Source: an archaeon (lineage in GTDB: Archaea > Nanobdellota > Nanobdellia > SCGC-AAA011-G17 > GCA-2687815). From it: a stretch of 38,468 nt of DNA. Below are positions 25,875 through 33,901 of the stretch, in pieces. The first letter of the stretch is position 1; each line of letters starts with the position of its first letter. The DNA lies in contig NZBH01000006.1 in NCBI GenBank assembly GCA_002687815.1, forward strand, positions 1-38,468, in the 5' to 3' direction. Under the pieces are notes generated by a model, which made no database searches, was not told the DNA's origin, and saw only the letters and a program-made list of their open reading frames with translations. The position numbers and the translations under genes were made by a program.

Positions 25875-26677
25875 GTTTTTTTTAATTTAATTATTTTCTT
25901 ATTTTTTAATAAAATGTCAGTAATATCTGTCATTTTATCTACAAACATATTGGCAATTTTATCATAGTAATCTATTTTTTTACCAGCAATTCTAGTAATG
26001 TTTCCATGCGTAACCGATTTAGATAAATCATACATTGTTACATACCAATTAATATATTTTCTTCCAAGTCTAATCCCTCTTGTTTTTATTAACATATCTG
26101 GAACATGTTCTGGACTTGGGGGAGTTTTTCCAGCAGCCATTAAAGCAGCATGAGCAGAATCTACCATTGCCCAATATAATCCTTCAATAGCACTTAGAAC
26201 ATTAAACCTAGATCTTGATAAATGAACAGGTGCTCTTCTCAAAGAAGTGTATACTGATTCAGCAGTTGGTTTTATTTTTCCTCTTGCTAATAAAACTTTC
26301 AAAGGCTCAAAGAAACCACCAAAATCAATTAAAACTTGTCCATATCTTAAAACATTAGTAGCTACTGGATCACCAGACATTACTTCTTGTAAAAACGCTC
26401 CAAGAGTTACTGTATTAATATGAATTTCTTTAGGGTATTTTTGCCTTGCTACTATTTTACCAAGTTCTTCTCTATACCAAGCAATTAATTCTTGATCCCA
26501 ATCAACAGAACAATTATCTATAATAACTATTATGTCTATATCACTTTGCTTTTTAGCAGTCTGTTTTGGAACAGAACCAAATAAAGCAATAGATTTTATT
26601 AATTTGTTAAATTTTTTATAAACTTTTAATGCAAAATCATAAGCAATATCGTAATCTTTTTGAAGTTTTTTAACCAA
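25871..26677 (-). CDS. Nucleotidyltransferase-domain protein (KNTase-like: NTase plus helical C-domain), paralog of 20108..21922
   Basis: 268 aa. TTG start with SD GAGGTGG (26684..26690, 6-nt spacer). NTase motif GSVPKQTAKKQSDIDIIVIIDN. Block PVATNVLRYGQVLIDFGGFFEP..LLARGKIKPTAES...LYWAMVDSAHAALMAAGKTPPSPEH. Confidence 0.7.
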   Translation of the reverse strand: MVKKLQKDYDIAYDFALKVYKKFNKLIKSIALFGSVPKQTAKKQSDIDIIVIIDNCSVDWDQELIAWYREELGKIVARQKYPKEIHINTVTLGAFLQEVMSGDPVATNVLRYGQVLIDFGGFFEPLKVLLARGKIKPTAESVYTSLRRAPVHLSRSRFNVLSAIEGLYWAMVDSAHAALMAAGKTPPSPEHVPDMLIKTRGIRLGRKYINWYVTMYDLSKSVTHGNITRIAGKKIDYYDKIANMFVDKMTDITDILLKNKKIIKLKKT

Positions 26678-26719
26678 AAATTACCACCTCTTTTAATAAA
26701 TTAAAATTAAACTTCTTTA

Positions 26720-28639
26720 TTAATATTCCGTTTCGCTTCCAGCACTAGCAGCAAATCTTCCTTTCTCTGGAGAACCTGCTTGTCCTCCTAACTCTTGGGG
26801 TACTGTTGAAAATCCAGCACCATAAAGATCAAAGTGTTGTTTTGGTAAAATTTCTCCATAACCCATATAATATCTTCCAAAAGTATCTCTTATTTCAGAC
26901 CAGTAAGGTGCAGCATCTATTGAATATAATGGAGAGCCCATTGCTTCTAAAATATAAGGTTGAGGGCTTGTTTCAAAAAATCTTGGAAATCCTCCTGCTT
27001 CCATTATGGCTTTTCCAGAATAACCTCTTTTTTCTAATTCCTTCATAATTTCCTTTACAGGAACATTTCCCATACCCGGAGGCAAATGTGAATCTTGATA
27101 ACCAAAATTATCTGTCGTATGAACATGTTTTACAACTTTTGATATTTTTTTAGTTTCTTCTAAAATATCTTTATCAGAATAACCATACTTCCTTAACATA
27201 TTTATGTGGCCCATATCCCACGTAGCCCCAATTAATTTTTCAGCAACTTTTTCTGCTTGGCGTTTAGAAATATTTTTTTCTTTAGACAATCTTTCTGCAA
27301 ATCTATTTCTACTATCTTCTATAACTTTTCTCAAGGATTCAGCTCTTGAAAGTGGCATTTCCGGATAGACATTTTCTAAAGAAATTATTGGTGTTTTATC
27401 ACCATATTTTTTATAAGAAGTAAAAGCGGCATTTGCTATTGTCTCTGATCCTTTATCAGCTGCAAAATCATCTGCTGGTTTCCATAATTGTGGAGCAGGC
27501 ATATTTCCAATATCTTTAATCATATTTTCAGTTTGCTCATTATATCTAGGTATTAATCGATCTTGATAAAGATCATTATATTTTTTAGCTAATAAGGGGT
27601 CTCTAGTCTTTTTGTAAGCATCTCCAACTTTTTTTATTTGATTTTCAACTTTCTCAATTTCAGAATTTGTTCTTTTAAAATTTCCCAACAATTGTTTATA
27701 TGTTGTTTCTTTATATCTCTTATAATCATCACTTTCTGGGTCAGAAAATCTCTCAAATTTATTGTGAAGTTCTTCAAAACCAGATCTCATATTTGCATTA
27801 AGTTCATCAATATGATTTTGTAATGCACTTATATTTCTATTATTTTGATCATATTCTTGTTTTTCTCTCTCACTCATTGGAAGATTTCTAGTAGCCCTTT
27901 CTAAATATGCTGCATTTTGAGCCCTTATCCTTGTTTGTCTTTCTCTTACTTCATCTAAATTTTTCTCAAAAGACATTATCCTCAATTTTTCTTGGTCCCA
28001 TTCTGTTCGATTTAAACTTCTTAACCTTCTTTCAGGGGTCCATATAACTGGTCCTTTTTCTCCCAAATATTTTTTTTCTTCATATTTTAAAACTTGAATT
28101 TGTCCAGTATCTTGGTTTACTACACCCATTGCTCTTTTTTGTAATGCTTTTCTTGCTTCTTCTTTATTCATTTTAGATTGTTTTACTAAAGCTGCAATAC
28201 TTTCATCACTAATTTCTTTTCTCCATTCAGCTATAGGGATTGTTCCAGAATGCAAAGTTATTGGAGCTCTTCCAGTAGGATCTAATTTATGACCTCTATC
28301 AATTACAGATTCAATATTTTTTTCAGAAGTTAAACGTTGAGCTTCACTCCAACCTTGTTGAGACAATCCAGCAATATCTATACCTGGACCATGAATTGAT
28401 GCTTCTGCTCCAGTTAATTTTCCAAGCCTCTTCATTTCTTCAAAATGGGGCTCGGGAATTGATTCAAATACTTCAGGACTTACAGAACCAACTTCAACAT
28501 TTTTTACACCTTCATTTAATCTGGTACCCATTTCTTTAATTTGGTTAGCAGTTTGAGGACTAGTCGGGGCACCTATTTTTGAAGCAGAAAGATAGTATCT
28601 TGAATCCATTGCAGATTCATGATTTTCATGAATTTCCAT
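26720..28639 (-). CDS. Xylose-isomerase / AP-endonuclease-2-like TIM-barrel protein interrupted by a large charged helical insertion
   Basis: 639 aa. Barrel motifs are split: VKNVEVGS, EASIHGP and ITLHSG (aa ~45-132), then after ~280 aa IISLENV, GATWDMGH, VKHVHTTDNFGYQDSHLPPGMGNVP and KAIMEAG (aa ~418-548). SD GAGGTG sits inside the upstream gene, with a 1-nt stop/start overlap (TAATG). Confidence 0.6.
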   Translation of the reverse strand: MEIHENHESAMDSRYYLSASKIGAPTSPQTANQIKEMGTRLNEGVKNVEVGSVSPEVFESIPEPHFEEMKRLGKLTGAEASIHGPGIDIAGLSQQGWSEAQRLTSEKNIESVIDRGHKLDPTGRAPITLHSGTIPIAEWRKEISDESIAALVKQSKMNKEEARKALQKRAMGVVNQDTGQIQVLKYEEKKYLGEKGPVIWTPERRLRSLNRTEWDQEKLRIMSFEKNLDEVRERQTRIRAQNAAYLERATRNLPMSEREKQEYDQNNRNISALQNHIDELNANMRSGFEELHNKFERFSDPESDDYKRYKETTYKQLLGNFKRTNSEIEKVENQIKKVGDAYKKTRDPLLAKKYNDLYQDRLIPRYNEQTENMIKDIGNMPAPQLWKPADDFAADKGSETIANAAFTSYKKYGDKTPIISLENVYPEMPLSRAESLRKVIEDSRNRFAERLSKEKNISKRQAEKVAEKLIGATWDMGHINMLRKYGYSDKDILEETKKISKVVKHVHTTDNFGYQDSHLPPGMGNVPVKEIMKELEKRGYSGKAIMEAGGFPRFFETSPQPYILEAMGSPLYSIDAAPYWSEIRDTFGRYYMGYGEILPKQHFDLYGAGFSTVPQELGGQAGSPEKGRFAASAGSETEY

Positions 28640-29268
28640 TATTTCACCTCAACTTTTTTTAAATTGTATTTTTTATTATCTTTACTTTCATTTAAAATAT
28701 CATTAACATCTACAGCTTGTGTATTTGATTTATAGTTTTTAAATGTTTCTCCATTTTCTACTGCATTAAAATATCTATCTGTAACTTCTGAAGGAGCATT
28801 TCCTAAATATTTACTAATTTCTCTTTTTTCATCCATTATTTCTTGATGTGTAGAACTATGTAATAATCCACTTCCACTTAGATTTTTTCTAATACCATTA
28901 ATAACTGGACTTTCACCATTCCCACTTTTATATAAAATTGCTGGAGCTGTAGAATATTGTACTTGTCCATTTTCTTGTCTAACTTCGGTATTATCAATTG
29001 TTTTTTCTAAATCAGAAATTCCTCTTCTTAAAACAGGCTCTTTTATTTCATATTTTGGTGCTTCCATTTCTGAACTGCCTAAATTAATTCTTGAAGAAGG
29101 TCCTTCAATTTCAGTTTCTAAATTTTGTAAAGTTTCAATTAATTCTTTAATTTCTTGTATTAATTCCTTATCTTTTAATGTTTTTAATAAAGATTCAAGA
29201 TAGTTCACTCTATCTTTATCTGTCCTTAATTTCTTTAATTCATTCTTGATATCTTCTATCTTCACCAT
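28639..29268 (-). CDS. Hypothetical protein, middle gene of the coupled operon
   Basis: 209 aa. N-terminal Lys/Glu helical segment, then a Ser/Gly/Asn-rich, probably disordered region. 7-nt overlap with the upstream gene (ATGGTGA). Confidence 0.55.
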   Translation of the reverse strand: MVKIEDIKNELKKLRTDKDRVNYLESLLKTLKDKELIQEIKELIETLQNLETEIEGPSSRINLGSSEMEAPKYEIKEPVLRRGISDLEKTIDNTEVRQENGQVQYSTAPAILYKSGNGESPVINGIRKNLSGSGLLHSSTHQEIMDEKREISKYLGNAPSEVTDRYFNAVENGETFKNYKSNTQAVDVNDILNESKDNKKYNLKKVEVK

Positions 29269-30701
29269 GTAAACATTTTGTGAGCCTTCTTATAAATTGT
29301 ATACAATGCACTGCCTCTCATCTTCGCATCAGATATTGCTTTTTTCTTTAATTCCTTTTCTTTATAAGGTTCTGAAGGCGCACCTTTAACTGCTTCAAAA
29401 GAAGATTTCATGAATTTAAAAGCGTTTCCTATCGGGGAAACCATATCTCTAAAACCCCCTGCAAAAGAAATAGCACTTGGTTTTTTTTCCTCCGTTTTTT
29501 CTTCTTTTTCTTGTTTTAAATAATATTCAATGTCTTCTTTTAACTCTGTTAATGGAGTTCCAACCATTTCTTCTATTAAATCAAGACCATTATACAACTC
29601 TTGTTGTTTTAATATTTCTAAATCTTTATCTGTTAATGCATAAGCTCTAATTCTCATTTCAACTCTGCCTTGTTGGACATAATGCATACCAGCTTGTGTT
29701 CTTGCAGCTTCAGGAACTGTTCTAAATTTCAAAGTTGTTTCAACACAGGAAAAATATTCTTTTCCATTTACTTTACCAACAGATTTTTTACCAAATAAAA
29801 CTAATTCCATAATCATATTGCTAAAAGCAGTAACTACTTCTGGACTTCCAAAATCTTTCATTCCAAGTTTTTGGGCTGCCTTTAAGTAAGGTTTTACCCA
29901 AGAAGAATATAATTTTAGAGAAGCTAATTGTGATTTAACATAAGATCTTTCAATTTTAAATCTTTGATTTAATTCCTTTTCACTTCTACTTTTCCATTCT
30001 AAAAATTCTTGAATTCTTGCTTTTAATATTCTCTTTACCCTTTCATTTAAATCAATCCCACGAACATCTTTTTCATCCTTCGCTATCATAAAAGCATCTC
30101 TCAAAGTTACAAATTGTAATTGCTGTGCTAACATATTTATTGCTCCTCTACCTCGTTTAATGTCTACTTGATCCATCCAAATTTGTTTTAAGCCGAGTAA
30201 AGCTGCATCAGCTTCATCTTTATTTTTAGAATGAGATTTTTTATAAGTTTCAAGTCTAACTTCAAATTCTTTTAAATCATAAAGTAAATTAATTAAACTT
30301 CTAATAACAGTATTGATAGTCTGCATCATCTTCATTGCTTGTTCTTGCATTCTTGTTGCTTTCATTCCCATCTCAGAAAAAAAAGCACCACCAACAGAAG
30401 CTTCATAATCATCACCAGTTTTAGAAACATCTAAATCAACACCATTATATTTGCCTTTCATAAAATCAAGAATCCAAAAATATATTGGTTCAAGACCCTC
30501 TCCAAAAGAATCATAAATCAGTGTAAAATGAATGTCTTCCTTACTTACATCTGTCTTTATTAATGCTTTTTTCTTTATTTCATCAATTAAGAATGGCCTA
30601 ATTTCTGACTTAAGAGAAGGATTCTTTTCTAATTGTTCTTTTAGAAAAGCTATTTTATCAGGCTCTTTTTCTAATTTCTTTTTTACTTCAGCAATATCCA
30701 T
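29262..30701 (-). CDS. Hypothetical protein, first gene of the coupled operon, predicted mainly helical
   Basis: 479 aa. No P-loop, metal or catalytic motif that I recognise. Long amphipathic helical stretches (MQEQAMKMMQTINTVIRSLINLLYDLKEFEVRLETY; SQLASLKLYSSWVKPYLKAAQKLG). Confidence 0.6.
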   Translation of the reverse strand: MDIAEVKKKLEKEPDKIAFLKEQLEKNPSLKSEIRPFLIDEIKKKALIKTDVSKEDIHFTLIYDSFGEGLEPIYFWILDFMKGKYNGVDLDVSKTGDDYEASVGGAFFSEMGMKATRMQEQAMKMMQTINTVIRSLINLLYDLKEFEVRLETYKKSHSKNKDEADAALLGLKQIWMDQVDIKRGRGAINMLAQQLQFVTLRDAFMIAKDEKDVRGIDLNERVKRILKARIQEFLEWKSRSEKELNQRFKIERSYVKSQLASLKLYSSWVKPYLKAAQKLGMKDFGSPEVVTAFSNMIMELVLFGKKSVGKVNGKEYFSCVETTLKFRTVPEAARTQAGMHYVQQGRVEMRIRAYALTDKDLEILKQQELYNGLDLIEEMVGTPLTELKEDIEYYLKQEKEEKTEEKKPSAISFAGGFRDMVSPIGNAFKFMKSSFEAVKGAPSEPYKEKELKKKAISDAKMRGSALYTIYKKAHKMFTW

Positions 30702-30742
30702 ACAAAAAATACTTAAGTTTTGAAATTTTTAAATGTTTTGTT

Positions 30743-31132
30743 ATGAAGAGATTTTTAATTCCTATTATAATAGTTTTTTTTGATCAATTAACAAAGTTTT
30801 TATCTAAAGATAAACATTTTTTTATAGTAAATTATCAAGAAAATTATGGAGCTGCTTTTAGCATACTCCAAGGACAATTACTAATATTTATTGCAGTAGC
30901 AATCCTTGTTATTTTTTTAATATTTTTTTATTATAATAAAGTAAAATATAAAATTGGATTATTGTTTATACTTGGTGGAACTATTGGAAATTTAATTGAT
31001 AGAATTTTTTTGGGACTTGTTCGTGACTTTATTGATCTAAAAATTTGGCCTGTTTTTAATATAGCTGACTCTGCTAATGTAATTGGTGCTGCTATTTTAG
31101 CTTATTACTTAATTAAAACCAAAAATAAGTAA
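30743..31132 (+). CDS. lspA: Lipoprotein signal peptidase (signal peptidase II), bacterial type, short form
   Basis: 129 aa, 4 predicted TM helices. Motifs DQLTK, NYGAAFS, GGTIGNLIDR, FNIADSANVIGA. Both catalytic Asp positions are present. Confidence 0.8.
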   Translation: MKRFLIPIIIVFFDQLTKFLSKDKHFFIVNYQENYGAAFSILQGQLLIFIAVAILVIFLIFFYYNKVKYKIGLLFILGGTIGNLIDRIFLGLVRDFIDLKIWPVFNIADSANVIGAAILAYYLIKTKNK

Positions 31133-31134
31133 AA

Positions 31135-31392
31135 TCAAAGATTTTTGATATATTTATCTGTAGCTACAACTGCTAAAGTAGTAACTGCTGCCGTAAGTGC
31201 AAAAATTGCTATAGGTCCACCATATTTTACAGCTTCTGCTAAGAAGTTACCATAATCGCTTTGTAATTGAGAAATATCCTTATTTAAAGAAGCATATAGG
31301 TCTAAAGCTTCTGGAATTCCTGCTTTTGTACATGCTGCTCCTACAATAGAGTCTCCAACAATTCTTATTAAATTTTTTGCCATTTTAATCAA
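31135..31392 (-). CDS. Hypothetical small protein with a C-terminal hydrophobic helix
   Basis: 85-aa ORF filling the gap. GGPIAIFALTAAVTTLAVVA is a likely TM helix. No recognisable family. Confidence 0.4.
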   Translation of the reverse strand: MIKMAKNLIRIVGDSIVGAACTKAGIPEALDLYASLNKDISQLQSDYGNFLAEAVKYGGPIAIFALTAAVTTLAVVATDKYIKNL

Positions 31393-31451
31393 TCTTTAAT
31401 CTAAAATATAGTTTTATAAACTTTTCCATCAGTACTACCGTTTAGTTATAA

Positions 31452-32063
31452 TTAAGAACTCTTCTTAGCAAATATTTCAACCCATTTAGTACCTTGATCC
31501 TCAGAAGTTTGAGCATTTAAAACAGAAAATCCTGATTTTTTTAATTTATCTTCCAATTCAGCTTGCGTATAAAAGGTATAATATCTTGGTGAATTATTAT
31601 ATTGTGGTTTGCTAACAACTTCTTCTGTTGTTCCTTCTTTTACAGCAATATATACTACACCATTTTTTTTAAGTATTTTAGAAATTCCTTGTAAAATATT
31701 TAGGGATTCTTTTCTTTCTATATCAGATAGACTAGCCATTACCCAGATACCATCAAAAGAATTATTTTCAAACTCTAAATTACACATATCCATTTTAATG
31801 AATTTAACACCTTTAACTCTTTTTTTTGCTTCTTTTAACATATTCTCTGAGAAATCTATAGAAGTAACATCTAAACCATAATCATGAAAGTATTGAGCAT
31901 CTCTTCCAGAACCAGAACCAACATCTAAAATTTTTCCTTTTTTAGGTAACATAGAAATAAACTTATTAAGTTGGAACTGCATTAATTTACTATAAGTATA
32001 ATCTGCATATATCTTAGCATATTTGTCATAGGTCTCTAAAGCTTTTTTAATTTGCTCTTTCAT
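31452..32063 (-). CDS. Class I SAM-dependent methyltransferase
   Basis: 203 aa. Motif I ILDVGSGSGRDAQYF, post-I acidic residue (DVTSIDFS), motif IV-like FDGIWVMASL. Confidence 0.85.
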   Translation of the reverse strand: MKEQIKKALETYDKYAKIYADYTYSKLMQFQLNKFISMLPKKGKILDVGSGSGRDAQYFHDYGLDVTSIDFSENMLKEAKKRVKGVKFIKMDMCNLEFENNSFDGIWVMASLSDIERKESLNILQGISKILKKNGVVYIAVKEGTTEEVVSKPQYNNSPRYYTFYTQAELEDKLKKSGFSVLNAQTSEDQGTKWVEIFAKKSS

Positions 32064-32347
32064 CAGGGTTTTAATGTTTCAAGACATTTATAAATTTTTA
32101 GGAAAATTTATATAGATTATAAAAATATAATAATTAATTTGAAAAATAAAAAGCTAACAGCAAAAAAAGTATGTTCTTTAGCAATTAATAATATTTCTAA
32201 ATTATTTAAAAAAAAGGAAAAATTAGCACCAGATATTAACAATAATAAAAAAATTAGAAGAGATAAAATCTTTGAAGAGAGTCATAGATAATATTGAAGC
32301 GAAAACTATTTATAGGCTAAATTTCACTTTTCCTTTGGTGATTTTAA

Positions 32348-32614
32348 ATGGAACTTGGCGGTAATATAAGCTTAGAAGGGTTTGATGAATTAGAACCTGG
32401 AACATTAATTGTAGTTAAAAAAATGGTCGGAAATTATGCAAAAAGTATTGCTGAAAAGGCCGAATTTGAAAAACTAGAATTAACTCTTAAAGAAGAAGAA
32501 AAAAAGTATAAAATAGAAGTAAAATTAATATCAAAAGGTAAAGAAAAGAAAGAAGAAGCAGAAGATGAAAACATGTTCTTCGCAATCGATAAAGCATTAG
32601 GAAAGTTCAAATAA
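32348..32614 (+). CDS. Hypothetical small protein, possibly HPF/RaiA (ribosomal S30AE)-like
   Basis: 88 aa. Pattern NISLEGFDELEPGTLIVVKKMVGNYAKSIAEKA..KLELTLKEEEKKYKIEVKLIS.....AEDENMFFAIDKALGKF mimics the beta-alpha-beta-beta-beta-alpha layout and the ...D.Y.AID.a motif of HPF/YfiA. This is a by-eye comparison only. Confidence 0.4.
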   Translation: MELGGNISLEGFDELEPGTLIVVKKMVGNYAKSIAEKAEFEKLELTLKEEEKKYKIEVKLISKGKEKKEEAEDENMFFAIDKALGKFK

Positions 32615-32654
32615 TAAGCTTTATAAATCAAAATTTCTATGGTTAATTAAGAAA

Positions 32655-32945
32655 ATGGTTCAGAGAATTGGTGGATTTAGAAGGAAAACAAGACATAAAT
32701 TAAAAAAGTCTGTTAGAACAAGGGGTAAAATATCTATTTCAAGATATTTCCAAAAGCTCAAAGTAGATGATATAGTGCAATTAGTTGCTGAACCTTCAAT
32801 ACACAAAGGTTTATATTTCCCAAAATACCACGGAAAACACGGGATAGTTAAAGGTAAAAGGGGAAATTGTTACGAATTAAAAGTAAAGGCTCCAAAAAGA
32901 GAAAAAATTATAATAGTACATCCAATTCACTTAAGGAAAATATAA
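32655..32945 (+). CDS. rpl21e: 50S ribosomal protein eL21 (L21e)
   Basis: 96 aa. GFRRKTRHKLKK..RTRGKISISRYFQKLKVDDIVQLVAEPSIHKGLYFPKYHGKHGIV. Confidence 0.9.
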   Translation: MVQRIGGFRRKTRHKLKKSVRTRGKISISRYFQKLKVDDIVQLVAEPSIHKGLYFPKYHGKHGIVKGKRGNCYELKVKAPKREKIIIVHPIHLRKI

Positions 32946-32946
32946 A

Positions 32947-33282
32947 ATGGCAGATGCAAAAATAATTGAAGAAAAACCTCTACCACTGATAGAGATAAAA
33001 GAAGTTTTAGAGGAAATCGAAAAAAGAGATGGAGAACTTAATTTTAGATCAAATAAGGTTAAGGAATATTTAGATGTTTTTGCACAAAAAGATTTAAAAA
33101 AAACAAAAGACTTAATAAATAAGATAAAAGACCTAAACATACCAAGATTAAAGGAAACTCAGATTGTAAAAATTATTGACATTGGACCAAAAGATTTAGA
33201 CAGTTTAAGAACAGTTTTAATAAGTGAAGATACACCTGTTAGACAAGAGGATTTAAGTAGAATCTTAGAAGTATTAAAATGA
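32947..33282 (+). CDS. rpoF: DNA-directed RNA polymerase subunit F (Rpo4)
   Basis: 111 aa. Conserved position after L21e. Helical pattern IEIKEVLEEIEKRDGELNFRSNKVKEYLDVF...LKETQIVKIIDIGPKDLDSLRTVL. Confidence 0.8.
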   Translation: MADAKIIEEKPLPLIEIKEVLEEIEKRDGELNFRSNKVKEYLDVFAQKDLKKTKDLINKIKDLNIPRLKETQIVKIIDIGPKDLDSLRTVLISEDTPVRQEDLSRILEVLK

Positions 33283-33303
33283 AGTTTATAGATGTGAATA
33301 AAA

Positions 33304-33876
33304 ATGATAGGCAATATAGAAAAGGAAGAGAAAGCAATTATTTTAGACTTCCTACCAAACGGTTATCCATTCGATGGGAGACCAATGTACAGGAAGACTC
33401 CAATAGCGCAAGCCATAGGTCGAGATCATTTTGTACTTCTAGAATTAGTTCCTAAAAAAGGTACTTTCTTACAACCAAATGAAGAAGTTTACACTGGAGA
33501 AGGTAAACGAGATAAAATACATCATATTCTAAGTAAACTTCCTTTAGATAGACTAACAGAAACAGCAAAAATAAGTTTGGAATACGTTATTAAAGATGTT
33601 GTAAAGAAAGACGAAAAACGTTTTGTGGATTTCTTTAATAAAGCACAACCCATAAACATAAGAAGACATCAAATGGAATTATTGCCTGGAGTAGGTAAGA
33701 AACATATGTGGGCTATTATAAAAGAAAGGGAAGAAAAACCATTTGAAAGTTTTGAAAGTATTAAAAAAAGAGTAAAATTAATGCCAGATCCAGAAAGTGC
33801 AATAATTAGAAGAATTTTGGTGGAAATCAAAGGAGAAGACAAATATCGGATATTTGTAGAAACACAATCTTTTTAA
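33304..33876 (+). CDS. DUF655-family putative RNA-binding protein (OB plus HhH)
   Basis: 190 aa. AIILDFLPNGYP...PIAQAIG..FVLLELVPK, plus the conserved position after rpoF. Confidence 0.8.
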   Translation: MIGNIEKEEKAIILDFLPNGYPFDGRPMYRKTPIAQAIGRDHFVLLELVPKKGTFLQPNEEVYTGEGKRDKIHHILSKLPLDRLTETAKISLEYVIKDVVKKDEKRFVDFFNKAQPINIRRHQMELLPGVGKKHMWAIIKEREEKPFESFESIKKRVKLMPDPESAIIRRILVEIKGEDKYRIFVETQSF

Positions 33877-33901
33877 ATGAAAATTTTCTTGATTCTTTAA
33901 T

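Noticed and set aside
29133-30701. A shared N-terminal motif between the 479-aa and 209-aa operon proteins (I-x-[ED]-[VI]-K-x-x-L-x-K ... DK-x-[IV]-x-[FY]-L-x-x-x-L), taken as evidence of homology
   Set aside because: Both N-termini are Lys/Glu/Leu-rich helices, and the match needs gaps. Composition alone could produce it. It is noted only as something for a profile comparison to test.
32139-32291. 50-codon open frame in the 284-nt gap between the methyltransferase and the HPF-like ORF (LKNKKLTAKKVCSLAINNISKLFKKKEKLAPDINNNKKIRRDKIFEESHR)
   Set aside because: It has only a TTG start, no SD or well-placed TATA, and a Lys/Asn-rich composition expected by chance in AT-rich DNA. It could be a gene remnant but is not supportable as a feature.
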